A stretch of 64,000 nt of DNA from an uncultured candidate division Zixibacteria bacterium (GCA_963668625.2 CAXXKA010000008.1:768001-832000), one strand, 5' to 3'. Positions 18,744 through 29,450 are shown, counted from the stretch's first letter. Notes: a model not told the origin generated them from the sequence alone. Program-made: numbers and translations.

Positions 18744-21700
18744 CTATTTCCCATTCCCCCCGGCTTTACCGCTAAACTCTATAATCTGGCAGTTCTCTCT
18801 ATTAGGAGTGGGATTCAAACCCCTGAAATAATTAACGAGGTAAGAGACATCCGCGCCATGTAAGGCGCAATCGGCGTTGGCGTCACCGGCATACACCGGA
18901 TCAGGGGGGGCGCCGACGCCCCTGAAATAATTAACCAGGAAAGTTACATCCGAGCCTACTACCAGCCCGTCGGTGTTGGCATCCCCGGCCGGGAATATAT
19001 TTAGCTTTCTGACCTCAGGCCGAGGTAAGCCGCCGAAACGAATCAGGCTGTCGTCATCCTCGGCGAACACCCTCCAGTATAAATTGCCACCGGCGAGAGC
19101 CAGCGTATCCGTAATCATCGTCCTGAACGTATCGGTCAAACCCTCGCGGGTCAACACGAACAGGCTAAACAGGCTGTCAGGGGAAACCTGCAGGGTGTAC
19201 TCGATCTCGGCCAACGGGTCGTCATCCAATGACTTACCCCAGCTAAAATGAGTATAGTAGTCCACCCATTTGATATCCGGTTCGGGAATGTTAAGCGCAA
19301 AAGGTTCGGGCGGGTAATTATAATGATTAGTCCAGAAATGCTGCATTTCCGACCATTCGGATTCCAGCCCACCGTCATCTACAGATTTAACGAGATATAT
19401 CCACAGGCAGTTGTCGGGCATGGAGTCGGCTACGGTTACCTGGTTTATACCATCATTGGTGGTGAACCAGTACTCGAAATCACAGCCGGTGGATGTATCG
19501 GAAAACAGGTGAAATATATAGTGAAGATTATCGGCGTGATCGTCGGGATCAGGATCGGTGGCGCTGTTCCAGGTAATGGTAGGCGTAAGCGATATGACCT
19601 CCTCGTAATCCGCCGGAGAGAAACCTGACACGGGAGCATCAGGCGGCAGATTGGAGGTATTTACCTCGAATGTTTGAATCTCGGTCCAACTCGATTGAGC
19701 CGCGAAATCGTCCAGTGTGCTGATCCTATAGTACCAGATATCATCCGTTAAGGAATCGGTTACCATGTGATTGTTAATTCCTGCCGGAGTTGTGTATTGA
19801 AAGGCAGGATCATCATCGAACTCACCGTCGGAGTCGATCTGTATCAGGTATGATAAAACGCTCGGGTCATCAGATGGATCGGGATCCGAGGCATGATTCC
19901 AGTGAATCTCAGGCCATGAGGAATTCACCAGTTGCCCTCCTGATGGATACATCTCACCGGGAGGCGCAAACGGAGACTGGTTATCGTGGTTAACCCAGAA
20001 AGTTTGCACGAGAGACCACGGCGATGATAATCCGCCGTTATCGGTAGTACGGATACGGTAATACCAGCGGTTATCCTCAGTCAGCAAATGGCTTACCGTT
20101 ACGAAATTGATTCCTTCGGGCGTATCGTATTCAAAAGCATAATCCTCATCGAACTCGCCGTCAAAATCCAGTTGGATCGTGTATCTCAAGGTTGTGCTGT
20201 CATCTTCGGTATCGGCATCGAGAGCGTGATCCCAGGTTATTCGGGGTGTCTCGGTAGTCACCTCGGAATCATCCGAGGGTGAGTAGCCGCCCAGTGGCGG
20301 ATATGGAGCGTTATTGGGGCCGGTCTGCGCATCCCCGTAAAAGAAATAGCATTCGTCGGCTGTAAACGTCGAATGCAATCCAAAAGCATCCTGACTTTTT
20401 ATACGCCAATAATAAGTCGTATTCCAGTCGAGATTATCGATATCTATCAAATCTCCAAGCCGGATAGCAAACGCCTCATCTACCAATAAACTATGATCCG
20501 ATATTCTGGCTTGCACTATCTCAGGAGAGCTGAAATCTGAATTATCATCGATTTGAATGAGGTAAAACACGGTGTCGAAATCATCCGGGTCGGTTGCCGC
20601 CAGCCAGGAAAGGTAAGAATCATCATTTATGGTCGAGCCGTTAATCGGGGAGATAATCGTTGGCATGGTAGGGTAACCATCCAGGTAGAATTCCCACGAT
20701 TGGTTGCTGAGTCTGGGCTGGGAGTAATCGTTGGATGCCAGAACTTTCCAATAGTAACGGTCAGATCGAATTAATGAATCGGGATATATATAGAGAGTAT
20801 CGTATATCAGTTCGCTGGTATCGGGCGATTCGAACTGCGGATTATCATCCATAATGATATTGTAGTTCGCAGTGTATCCCGAATCGATGGTTACGGTTCC
20901 ATGCCAGGTAAAAACAGGAATCGCATCGATTTTAACCGCTTTATCCGCAGGCTGAATCAAGCTGAATGAATAGAACCAGGATTGGCCGTCATAGTAATAA
21001 GCGCCTATATCGGCTCTGGAGCCGTCAGGATCTAAAGGAGTCGAGGGATTGCCCCCGTCTATGCACGGCGATGACGGTAATAAATGAAAGTAATCAACTG
21101 TTGTATCGATAAACATCGGGTCCAGCTCGAAACACCCAATGCCGGGACCGATATTGTAATATTCGCCATTCTGGTTGCCAAACACGCAGCAATATCTGAA
21201 ATCCAAATCAGTTGAGGAAAAAGCGTAGATTCCATATGAGGTATTGAATGCAATGATATTATTGAGGATCTCGGTATTAGTGCTGCCGCCAATAGATATT
21301 CCGCCGACTCCCTGACTTGGGACAGTGTTTTTAACGACAGTATTATTGGTGAAGCTCGTTGAGGTAGCTTCCAGGATCAGGATGGTTGCCTCACTGTTCG
21401 TGCTGACATTATTATGAATCACATTTCTGGAAATATTTGCCGAACTTCGGAATACCTCAATACCGGGGCCGCCGTTCGAGGTATTTCCCTGTATGATATT
21501 CGAATTAATTTCCGCATCGGCATAGTACAGGAGTATTCCGCCTCCGTAACCGTCAGTTCTGGTATTGAATCGAATAATGTTATCCCTGATGATTGGCTTC
21601 GAGGATTCCTGGTTAACCATTATTCCACCTTTGGAATTGTATTCGATGATACATTGTTCGATAATGGGAGAGCTATTGGTGATTAAGATACCGGATTCGG

Positions 21701-22019
21701 TTGCCTCCCGAATGGTAAAACCTCTCAGTATCGATAATGTATCCTCTCCCGAACTAAAAGTAACGATTGGAGTGTTGTCAGAATATTTTTCGATGATAGT
21801 CGAATCAGTACTGAACTCGCGTTCGACCAGTATGGATTTTCCCAGAAAATTTATGTGTTCCTGATATATGCCCTCGGAAACGTAAATAGTATCTCCCGAT
21901 ACAGCCGCAGCTATGCCGCTTTGAATAGTAGGCTGATCCGCCGGTACGTTAATAATGGTTGCGTATGATGGCGCTATCAAAAGAGAAACCACGATTAGAA
22001 TATAAAATATTTTTCTCAT
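18744..22019 (-). CDS. Large secreted protein: right-handed beta-helix, multiple FN3/Ig-like repeats, C-terminal dockerin-like domain
   Basis: INVPADQPTIQSGI, SPCIDGG...ADIGAY, repeated TP.ITW..A.DPD...WYYRI units, GDAN...DVTFLVNYFRG twice. Confidence 0.85.
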   Translation of the reverse strand: MRKIFYILIVVSLLIAPSYATIINVPADQPTIQSGIAAAVSGDTIYVSEGIYQEHINFLGKSILVEREFSTDSTIIEKYSDNTPIVTFSSGEDTLSILRGFTIREATESGILITNSSPIIEQCIIEYNSKGGIMVNQESSKPIIRDNIIRFNTRTDGYGGGILLYYADAEINSNIIQGNTSNGGPGIEVFRSSANISRNVIHNNVSTNSEATILILEATSTSFTNNTVVKNTVPSQGVGGISIGGSTNTEILNNIIAFNTSYGIYAFSSTDLDFRYCCVFGNQNGEYYNIGPGIGCFELDPMFIDTTVDYFHLLPSSPCIDGGNPSTPLDPDGSRADIGAYYYDGQSWFYSFSLIQPADKAVKIDAIPVFTWHGTVTIDSGYTANYNIIMDDNPQFESPDTSELIYDTLYIYPDSLIRSDRYYWKVLASNDYSQPRLSNQSWEFYLDGYPTMPTIISPINGSTINDDSYLSWLAATDPDDFDTVFYLIQIDDNSDFSSPEIVQARISDHSLLVDEAFAIRLGDLIDIDNLDWNTTYYWRIKSQDAFGLHSTFTADECYFFYGDAQTGPNNAPYPPLGGYSPSDDSEVTTETPRITWDHALDADTEDDSTTLRYTIQLDFDGEFDEDYAFEYDTPEGINFVTVSHLLTEDNRWYYRIRTTDNGGLSSPWSLVQTFWVNHDNQSPFAPPGEMYPSGGQLVNSSWPEIHWNHASDPDPSDDPSVLSYLIQIDSDGEFDDDPAFQYTTPAGINNHMVTDSLTDDIWYYRISTLDDFAAQSSWTEIQTFEVNTSNLPPDAPVSGFSPADYEEVISLTPTITWNSATDPDPDDHADNLHYIFHLFSDTSTGCDFEYWFTTNDGINQVTVADSMPDNCLWIYLVKSVDDGGLESEWSEMQHFWTNHYNYPPEPFALNIPEPDIKWVDYYTHFSWGKSLDDDPLAEIEYTLQVSPDSLFSLFVLTREGLTDTFRTMITDTLALAGGNLYWRVFAEDDDSLIRFGGLPRPEVRKLNIFPAGDANTDGLVVGSDVTFLVNYFRGVGAPPDPVYAGDANADCALHGADVSYLVNYFRGLNPTPNRENCQIIEFSGKAGGNGK

Positions 22020-22485
22020 TTTCCTCTCCTTATTCCGGACCGTTTGAAGTGTTTAGCTGCTCGCGCAGGGAGGTAGATCAGTACTCACACCCATTATAAA
22101 ATAAAGCAGGAAATCAGATTATGTCAACATATAACTTGATTTCTATTTCAGGTATTTTTAACATTAGAAAATCCTTTCCGGATAATTATATCGGGTATTC
22201 ATGTGACAGAAATGAGAATCAGGCTGTTGTTATAATAATCGCTTTATCCCTATCATTATAAAGCGTGAAGTTTCGCGGCTTTATAGATACAGGCTTGCAA
22301 ACAAGTATCACCACGAAATTCGTTCCAATTATCAGTTTATTAATGCCATGATGTGTTTAAATTGTATTATAGTATAATTTAAAAAGTCCCAGATATCTCA
22401 ATAATATTACCAACTTTACTTATTGATACCATTTTCCTTAAAATTCCGCTTGAACTTTCCCGATGTTTTCCGATAGAATAGACAT

Positions 22486-23727
22486 ATGAGATATCTTACT
22501 GTAATACTTTCGTTTATGGCGCTACTGCTGACCGCCTGCAAAACCAGCGGTCCAACCGATCCTGAAGATACTGCTCCGATATATATTACGCAACCGGCTA
22601 ATGGAGCCTCGGTTAGCGATACGGTTACGGTGCGGGCAGGAACTGGCAGTGATTACGATATCGAAAGTGTCGTTTTTTATATTGATGATGACTCTGTATA
22701 TACCGATAACGTCTCGCCATATCTTTACCAGTGGGATGTCACGGGCTACCAGGCTAACTCCGAGCATGATATCGTCTTGTATGGCTATACCTCAGACAGC
22801 GTCTATATCTCTCAGACTGTTACCGTAACCGTAACTCTACCCTCAACCAACGAGTTCAGCCATGTATACAGTTACTCTCTCACGGGTCCTGCCTACCGGG
22901 TGGATGCCCAGGATGATTTCGTATACGCAGCTTTAGGCGCCAATGGCCTTAAGGTTATCGATGTCAACGTGCCTACCAGCCCCGGTGAGGTTTATGAATT
23001 CCAGCAGGGAACGAATATTTACGGTCTGGATGCCTCGGGAGCTTATCTGGTAACTGCCGAGCGCGATAACGGAGTCCGTTCTTTCGATATCTCCGCCAGT
23101 GATACCGTTATTGCCAAGTATATTTACAGCACACCGGGTAGTTCATGGAACGTGAAAATATCAGGCAACCTTGCTTATATAGCAGATAACGATCGTCTGA
23201 CAATTGTCTCTATGGCCAATTACGGATTTACATTTGTCGGGCAGGTTGTGATCTCGACCGGTATCGTTAAGGATGTTGATGTATCCGGTTCAACGGTATA
23301 CGTTCTCGATCAGAATGGTGTTTCGCGTTACAATGTCTCCAATCCGGCTAATCCTATCTATCAGGGCAGATACCAGGCGTTTACCGGCCAATGCCAGTGT
23401 ATTTTCGCTTATGGCAACTACGTGTTTGTCGGTACCACCGGCGAGCTTCGGATGCTTTCAAACACACTGGTTTCCCTGGCCTATTCCGCCAATCAGCAGG
23501 GATACACTGGCGTGTGTGCCATTGATGATGTGGTTTTCGTCTCGCAGGGAGGCTCCTCCGGCGGCGCCAGAGCGTTTGAATATTCGAACAGCAGTACGCT
23601 GGTGCAACTCGATTCTTACATGATTAACGAGATTTGCAATGATATCGCATACTTAGATAGTTATGTGATTTTAGCAGGCACGAATCAACTCGAGATACTA
23701 CGTTTTAATTATTCCCCAACTTATTGA
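22486..23727 (+). CDS. Lipoprotein with Ig-like domain and LVIVD repeats
   Basis: Lipobox LLTAC; ITQPANGASVS..VVFYID..PY.YQWD; GLKVIDV, AYIAD repeats. Confidence 0.8.
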   Translation: MRYLTVILSFMALLLTACKTSGPTDPEDTAPIYITQPANGASVSDTVTVRAGTGSDYDIESVVFYIDDDSVYTDNVSPYLYQWDVTGYQANSEHDIVLYGYTSDSVYISQTVTVTVTLPSTNEFSHVYSYSLTGPAYRVDAQDDFVYAALGANGLKVIDVNVPTSPGEVYEFQQGTNIYGLDASGAYLVTAERDNGVRSFDISASDTVIAKYIYSTPGSSWNVKISGNLAYIADNDRLTIVSMANYGFTFVGQVVISTGIVKDVDVSGSTVYVLDQNGVSRYNVSNPANPIYQGRYQAFTGQCQCIFAYGNYVFVGTTGELRMLSNTLVSLAYSANQQGYTGVCAIDDVVFVSQGGSSGGARAFEYSNSSTLVQLDSYMINEICNDIAYLDSYVILAGTNQLEILRFNYSPTY

Positions 23728-23906
23728 TTCATAAGTAGTTGTAATCGCCATTCCAAAGCTATAATTAGCCTTATTATTTCCTAAAAAGCGCTTGCCCCGG
23801 CTCGAATCAACCGATATATTCCAAATCTTGAAGAGCCGGTCAGAGGGAAGGATAAAAAAATCCCGGTTGCCAGGCTTGCCTGATAGGAATAATTACGGAG
23901 GTTTTG

Positions 23907-24626
23907 ATGTTACTCACCGAGGAAAAAATAAAAGCTTTGAGAGAAAGATGGGAAGGCGAGACAGAACGCCTTAACAAAATCGCCGATTCGATAGTGAAAG
24001 GCGAGGACTGGACGGAACACCTGGAGGGTTTGCCTTATATCGAAGAGGTCGAGAAAATCCATGGTGATGCTTTCCCGCGAGATTTACGTGGCTCCAATCT
24101 CAGACGGTACCTGCAGCCGACTACCATAATCGAGCCTGCTACTCCTGAAGATGCTCCTAATATCTCTTACATTATCAAAGAGGCTATGCTTAACGATACT
24201 CCTCTGCGTGGCGTATCACCGTTTCCGGTTCCGCATATCAATGCCGAGGATATAGGACTGGCTATGGAACGCGGTAGTCGTTTCTTCATGGCTATTCAGC
24301 TCGGTAAAGTTATAGGTACTCTGCAACTCGATAGCCACATGGACTACAGGCATTGCACCAATGATGAACCGTACTACGAGATATCCAATCTATCCACCCT
24401 GCCTGCCTACCGTCACCAGGGCATAGGTGGCGCTATTATCAGGGCTACCGAGGCCGTCTGCCGTCAGGAAGCGCAGCACGATTGGATTTTGATGCGTATT
24501 AACGCCGAATTGGGTTTCGAATCTTATTACGAGCGTACCGGCTACAAGCGTTTCGAGGTTTACCAGCGTCGCCACCCCATAGGCTCTCCTGCCCATCTCG
24601 AATGCGTTCTGGTCAAGAAATTATAA
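23907..24626 (+). CDS. GNAT-family acetyltransferase with N-terminal extension
   Basis: LSTLPAYRHQGIGG acetyl-CoA motif, YYERTGY; SD GGAGG. Confidence 0.85.
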   Translation: MLLTEEKIKALRERWEGETERLNKIADSIVKGEDWTEHLEGLPYIEEVEKIHGDAFPRDLRGSNLRRYLQPTTIIEPATPEDAPNISYIIKEAMLNDTPLRGVSPFPVPHINAEDIGLAMERGSRFFMAIQLGKVIGTLQLDSHMDYRHCTNDEPYYEISNLSTLPAYRHQGIGGAIIRATEAVCRQEAQHDWILMRINAELGFESYYERTGYKRFEVYQRRHPIGSPAHLECVLVKKL

Positions 24627-24648
24627 ATTTTTATCGGATAAAAATCAC

Positions 24649-24679
24649 AAGGAGCATTCACTTGGATGCTCCTTTTTTT
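24649..24679 (+). terminator. Rho-independent terminator
   Basis: AAGGAGCATT...GATGCTCCTT then T run. Confidence 0.75.
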
Positions 24680-24789
24680 GTTAGGCTAAAAGCCACCTGC
24701 CCTGTGGCCGATGGTAGTTTACAATAGATGATAATATTTCACTGAGCAGGAAGGAATTTCTTCCTGCTTACTTTTTGCATGCAGTATTT

Positions 24790-24860
24790 TCATCAGGAAA
24801 GAATGAATAAAGGACTTCGTCCGCCTGATGACTCGTGGGGTGGACTTTTACAACAGCCTC
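24790..24860 (-). repeat. Dispersed repeat, inverted copy of the left part of 31154-31332
   Basis: 20/21 identical core CGGACGAAGTCCTTT(A/G)TTCAT plus GAGTC and GG(C/T)TGTTG(T/A)AAAAG at matching spacing. Confidence 0.7.
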
Positions 24861-24963
24861 GAAGTTTTAGAACAAGTAGTAGCCGACCTAAATCGGTAAA
24901 ATAATGACCAGCTGTCCTCTTGAAATATACTTGCTCTGGATTTCTAAAAATTGAATAAAATTA

Positions 24964-24992
24964 TTGCAAGCGATGATAATTGCAATTATAAT
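24964..24992 (+). promoter_or_regulatory. Sigma70 promoter
   Basis: TTGCAA-N17-TATAAT, ending 9 nt before ATG 25002; overlaps palindrome ATAATTGCAATTAT. Confidence 0.65.
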
Positions 24993-25001
24993 AATTACAC
25001 C

Positions 25002-25898
25002 ATGTTGAAAGGTTTGCATTTTTTACTCACTTACCAGTGCCCATTCGAGTGCGATCATTGTTTTTTGTATTGCGGGCCGAATCTCGAGGGTACCTTCACT
25101 ATCGATCAGGTGGAGAAAGCCCTGGTGCAAGGGCTAGAGGCCGGCATAGATAATATCTATGTGGAGGGCGGCGAACCGTTTTTATATTATCCACTGATGG
25201 TCGAGACATTGAGGCTGGCTAAGAAATTAAACTTAAAGCGTGGCATAGTCACGAACTGTTACTGGGCCACCTCGGAGCGTGATGCCGAGATCTGGCTGGC
25301 CCCGATAGTCGAAATAGGCGTGGATGATTTTTCGGTCTCGGATGATGAGTTCCACGGAAGTGACTACGAGGACAGCCCGGCCAGGATAGCTGTCAAAGCG
25401 GCGAAGAAACTAGGAATGCCATCGAGCTCAATATGTATCGAGAAACCATTGGTAAAAAGTGATGACAGCCAGTCTAAAGGCGAACCGGTAGTCGGTGGCA
25501 ATGTTATTTTCAAAGGTCGTGCGGTCGAAAAGTTAATAGGCGATCTACCTCGCAAAAAATTCGATTGTTTCACCGAATGCACCGGCGAGGAGTTGGAAAA
25601 ACCCGGTCGAATTCATCTCGATCCGTTCGGTAATGTTTTCGTCTGCCAGGGATTGTCGATCGGTAATATCTGGGAAAAACCGCTTGTCGATATAATGTCA
25701 GGCTACGAACCTATGAAACACCCCATTATCGGCCCGTTGATAAAGGGAGGCCCCGCCGAACTGGCTCGTGAATATGGCTTACCCGAGGGCGAACGGTATG
25801 TCAGCGATTGCCATCTCTGCTACCTGATCCGGAAGAAACTGACCGATAAATTCCCCGAGTATCTCACCCCGAAACAGGTCTACGGAATAAAAGAGTAG
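25002..25898 (+). CDS. Radical SAM protein
   Basis: CPFECDHC, EGGEPF, TNCYW; C-terminal Cys cluster. Confidence 0.9.
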   Translation: MLKGLHFLLTYQCPFECDHCFLYCGPNLEGTFTIDQVEKALVQGLEAGIDNIYVEGGEPFLYYPLMVETLRLAKKLNLKRGIVTNCYWATSERDAEIWLAPIVEIGVDDFSVSDDEFHGSDYEDSPARIAVKAAKKLGMPSSSICIEKPLVKSDDSQSKGEPVVGGNVIFKGRAVEKLIGDLPRKKFDCFTECTGEELEKPGRIHLDPFGNVFVCQGLSIGNIWEKPLVDIMSGYEPMKHPIIGPLIKGGPAELAREYGLPEGERYVSDCHLCYLIRKKLTDKFPEYLTPKQVYGIKE

Positions 25899-25983
25899 TT
25901 TCAGTCAGAATGTTTGTTGCTTTCCAATAATAATTCCATATAATTCCTTATCTTGATAACTAAACATTACTATGGAGAATATC

Positions 25984-27204
25984 ATGCTCGATAGAATCAA
26001 ACAGCTTAGCGATAAATATTCGAAGCAGATGATCAACCTCAGACGTCATTTGCACCAGATACCGGAGACCGCGCTTCTGGAGTTCGAAACGAAGAAATCG
26101 ATGGCCGAGCAGTTGAAAAAGCTGGGATTGAACGTCAACACCGGTCTTTGGCGAACCTCTATCGTGGCTATGCTCGAGGGTACCCGCCCAACTCCCTGCG
26201 TGGCCTTGAGAGCCGATATGGACGCCCTGCCGGTAACGGAGAAAACCGGATTGTTTTACGCCTCAAAAAACAAGGGTTTCATGCATGCTTGCGGACACGA
26301 CTCGCATATGGCGATGGTCTGGGGAGCGGCCAAGATATTAAGCCAGTTTAAAGATAAATTGCCGGGGTCGGTCAAATTTATTTTCCAGCCCTCGGAGGAG
26401 GTTCCGCCCGGTGGGGCCGCCCCGATGATAGCCGCCGGCGCGTTGGAAAAGCCCCGGGTCGATGCTGTTTTCGGGTTACATGTCGATCCAGTTATCAAGG
26501 CGGGTAGGATTGGCCTGAAAACAGGGCCGTTGATGGCTCATGTGGATGATTTCAATATAACGATTCTGGGGAAATCGGGACATGCCGCCAGACCGCATGA
26601 AACGATTGATACAGTGATGATAGCCGCCGAGCTGATCAGCGCTCTTCACCAGATACCCTCGCGCAAAGTCAATCCGCTGGAACCGGTCGTTATCACAATC
26701 GGCAAAATCGAGGGTGGTACGGCTCGTAATATCATAGCCGATAAAGTTACTCTTCATGGCACTGTCAGGGTGCTCAATCAGAAGCTGGCGCAGAAGCTGC
26801 CGGGCATTATCAGGAAAACCACCGATGGTATCTGTAAGGCTCATGGAGCGAAAAATGTCTTGGACTATCGCGTGGGTTACCCGGTTCTGGATAATCACCC
26901 CGACATAATCGATATTTACGATCATGTGATAACGAATATGCATGGCAAGAATGCAGTACAATATAGGGAACGCCCAGGCATGGGAGCTGAGGATTTCGCC
27001 TGCTACATTCAGGATATACCCGGCGCGATGATGTTACTGGGGATACGCAACAAAAGTATAGGCGCAGACAAACCCTGGCATCACCCCGAATTCAAAATCG
27101 ATGAGTCGGTTATTCCACTTGGCGCCTCGGTGCTGGCGGGCGCAGTGATGGAGTATTTCGACAGGAATAAGCTGAAAATTAAGATAGTTGAAAATAAATA
27201 CTAG
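25984..27204 (+). CDS. M20D-family amidohydrolase
   Basis: RRHLHQIPE, LRADMDALP, MHACGHD, FQPSEE, AEDF, HHPEF. Confidence 0.93.
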   Translation: MLDRIKQLSDKYSKQMINLRRHLHQIPETALLEFETKKSMAEQLKKLGLNVNTGLWRTSIVAMLEGTRPTPCVALRADMDALPVTEKTGLFYASKNKGFMHACGHDSHMAMVWGAAKILSQFKDKLPGSVKFIFQPSEEVPPGGAAPMIAAGALEKPRVDAVFGLHVDPVIKAGRIGLKTGPLMAHVDDFNITILGKSGHAARPHETIDTVMIAAELISALHQIPSRKVNPLEPVVITIGKIEGGTARNIIADKVTLHGTVRVLNQKLAQKLPGIIRKTTDGICKAHGAKNVLDYRVGYPVLDNHPDIIDIYDHVITNMHGKNAVQYRERPGMGAEDFACYIQDIPGAMMLLGIRNKSIGADKPWHHPEFKIDESVIPLGASVLAGAVMEYFDRNKLKIKIVENKY

Positions 27205-27273
27205 TAATATTCCGAGACGATAGGTAACCGTTTTATTGTGAAATATATTATATGAGGTTTCTTGTAGGTCGGA

Positions 27274-28272
27274 TTATTTCAGAGAAAAATAAACCATCGG
27301 CCTGATTAAAAACGAATCCCAGACAGTATCGCCATCCGAATTAATCTCCAGAGTGATATATGATATCTTTCGATTGTCACCCAGTGTGGGGATTGATTCG
27401 TGATAAAAACGTCCGTTTGAGTTGTGCTCCACTTTCTGCCAGTCGATCAATATGGGAATATCTCCTGAAATGGTTTCGCCCACCATTCTGAACCTTACCG
27501 ATCCCTCGGCAGCATCGGATGGGAATTTCGGGAAGCCGTACACGGCAACTATGGAATCGATATCGGCGTTGGCCGGCAGTCCCAGAGGTACACTGATATA
27601 GACCTCGCGTCCATTCTCGGGCGCCTCCTCCGGTCCCTGCGTGAATATCCATAGCTTATTGTCATAGATACATCTGCGGGCGGCCGTGTCGTAATATTTA
27701 GAGGATGGTCCCGGGAAATAACCCTCGTATAACCTGGCCTTACCGAACTGAGTATCGGATGTTCTGACTTTTCGCAACTCCCAGGCCAGGCCGTCTGAGG
27801 ACTCTATCTCGAATTTTGATATGAAATCCTTATCGGCCAAAAGCAATACCTTGGTACCGCCGGCATAGATAGGATCCACGAAGTCCTGCTCTTTTTTAGG
27901 TTTGGGTTTCGGAGTTGGTTTCTTTTCGACTGCCGGTGGTGGTGGCGGCGGAGCCAGCTTTATCTCGATATCTTTTTGTATTTTAATTCCGGCCTCGATA
28001 AAACCGATATTGACCAGGGTTGAGTCATCCCCCAGCTTTGCCAGAAGCGAATACTGGCCTGATTCTATGCCCTCGATTTTATAATTACCCAGAGTATCGG
28101 ATAATGTGCTATATCTTTGCGGAACCGAGAATACTGCTGCTCCAGCCAGTGGATTACCGTCCTCATCAATGATTTTGCCCTCGATACTGGATGGTTTCTG
28201 GGCACAGGAAAGCATTAAAGATATTCCAGCTATTACAAAAAAGTATATTTTCCAATTAGTTTTATTCATCAT
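27274..28272 (-). CDS. Lipoprotein with carboxypeptidase-regulatory-like domain, Pro/Lys linker and beta-sandwich
   Basis: Lipobox MLSC; IEGKIIDEDGNPLAGA; PPPPPP linker. Confidence 0.75.
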   Translation of the reverse strand: MMNKTNWKIYFFVIAGISLMLSCAQKPSSIEGKIIDEDGNPLAGAAVFSVPQRYSTLSDTLGNYKIEGIESGQYSLLAKLGDDSTLVNIGFIEAGIKIQKDIEIKLAPPPPPPAVEKKPTPKPKPKKEQDFVDPIYAGGTKVLLLADKDFISKFEIESSDGLAWELRKVRTSDTQFGKARLYEGYFPGPSSKYYDTAARRCIYDNKLWIFTQGPEEAPENGREVYISVPLGLPANADIDSIVAVYGFPKFPSDAAEGSVRFRMVGETISGDIPILIDWQKVEHNSNGRFYHESIPTLGDNRKISYITLEINSDGDTVWDSFLIRPMVYFSLK

Positions 28273-28613
28273 AACTTCTCCAACCGCACCTCTTTTTGAT
28301 ATTACAGCAAAATGCCAAACCATTAAGCGGTATGATTATACTATTGCGAACATCCGATGTAAAGTCAAAAATGAGATACAATGATATACAAGTATAATAT
28401 CCGAATTAACTTATTACCTTTAATTCACTCATCTGTACCCCGAATACTAAACGCAGCAAGTAATTAGTATGTGGAAGATAAAACCTTTTAATAGCATAAT
28501 ATTATTTGCCTTACCGGGAACCAGTACGCGATCAAACATGTTTTTATATTAAGATAATGAGAATGATTATCGAAACCATATCAAATTTACCTAAATATCT
28601 CATGGAGGACCAA

Positions 28614-29450
28614 ATGAAAAAGATGGTAATGATTTTCACCTTTATACTTATGGCATCACTAGCGCATGCATATTCCGGCGGCCCGCCCGATCAGAAAACT
28701 AGCGCACCCGGTGAGGGAAGCTGCACTGATTGTCATTCATCATTCCCGATTAACAGTGGGGACGGTTCGTTTGCTATCGATGCCCCGGCCGGCTATACTC
28801 CCGGTGATACTTACACCATTACGGTTACCCTGTCGGATAACGGCCAGTCACGCTGGGGATTCGAGCTTACTCCGCTCGATCAGGGTACTGTCACGATAAC
28901 CGATGCTGCTAACACTCAGCAGTCCAGTGCCGGGGGTAATACTTATGTAAAGCAGACCTCAACCGGTACTTATAACGGTTCCAGCGATGGTCCTGTCACC
29001 TGGCAGTTCGATTGGACCGCGCCAACTACCGATCCTCCGGAATCGATTACGCTTTACGCCAACGGTAATGCAACCGACGCCAGTTTCGGTACCTCCGGTG
29101 ATTATGTTTATTCCACCTCCGTGACCCTTGGCAGGCTTACCGCTATCGATGATTTCGGCGATGGCGCATTGCCGAGCTTGCTGTCTATGGAGAGCTATCC
29201 GAATCCTTTTAACGCAGTTACCACTATTAACTATAATTTGCCATCCGATGGGAAGGTGAATGTCAGTATATATGATATTCGCGGACGCCTGATAACCGAG
29301 CTCGAAGACAGCTACAAGAGCGCCGGAGCTTACAGTGTCACCTGGGCAGGCAGAGATAGGAACGGCGGTAATGTTGTCAGCGGTATCTATTTCGTTAGGC
29401 TGGCGGTCGATGCCAATTCGACTACGAATAAGCTGGTGCTGCTCAAATAG
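28614..29450 (+). CDS. Secreted Reeler-like (choice-of-anchor V type) protein with FlgD/T9SS-like CTD
   Basis: YSGGPP..APGEGSCTDCH, YTPG.TY.I, WTAP, YPNPFN...SGIYF. Confidence 0.8.
   Translation: MKKMVMIFTFILMASLAHAYSGGPPDQKTSAPGEGSCTDCHSSFPINSGDGSFAIDAPAGYTPGDTYTITVTLSDNGQSRWGFELTPLDQGTVTITDAANTQQSSAGGNTYVKQTSTGTYNGSSDGPVTWQFDWTAPTTDPPESITLYANGNATDASFGTSGDYVYSTSVTLGRLTAIDDFGDGALPSLLSMESYPNPFNAVTTINYNLPSDGKVNVSIYDIRGRLITELEDSYKSAGAYSVTWAGRDRNGGNVVSGIYFVRLAVDANSTTNKLVLLK

Noticed and set aside
18538-18745. Hairpin CGAAGGT..GAGAGCCGCGGCTCTC..ACCTTCG and TIR-like words
   Set aside because: Single copy; the TIR-like words face outward; cannot be tied to the MITE family
24790-24850. CTGATGA on both strands suggesting a hammerhead ribozyme
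   Set aside because: No properly placed stem II + GAAA core, and the motif is not kept in the 31154 copy
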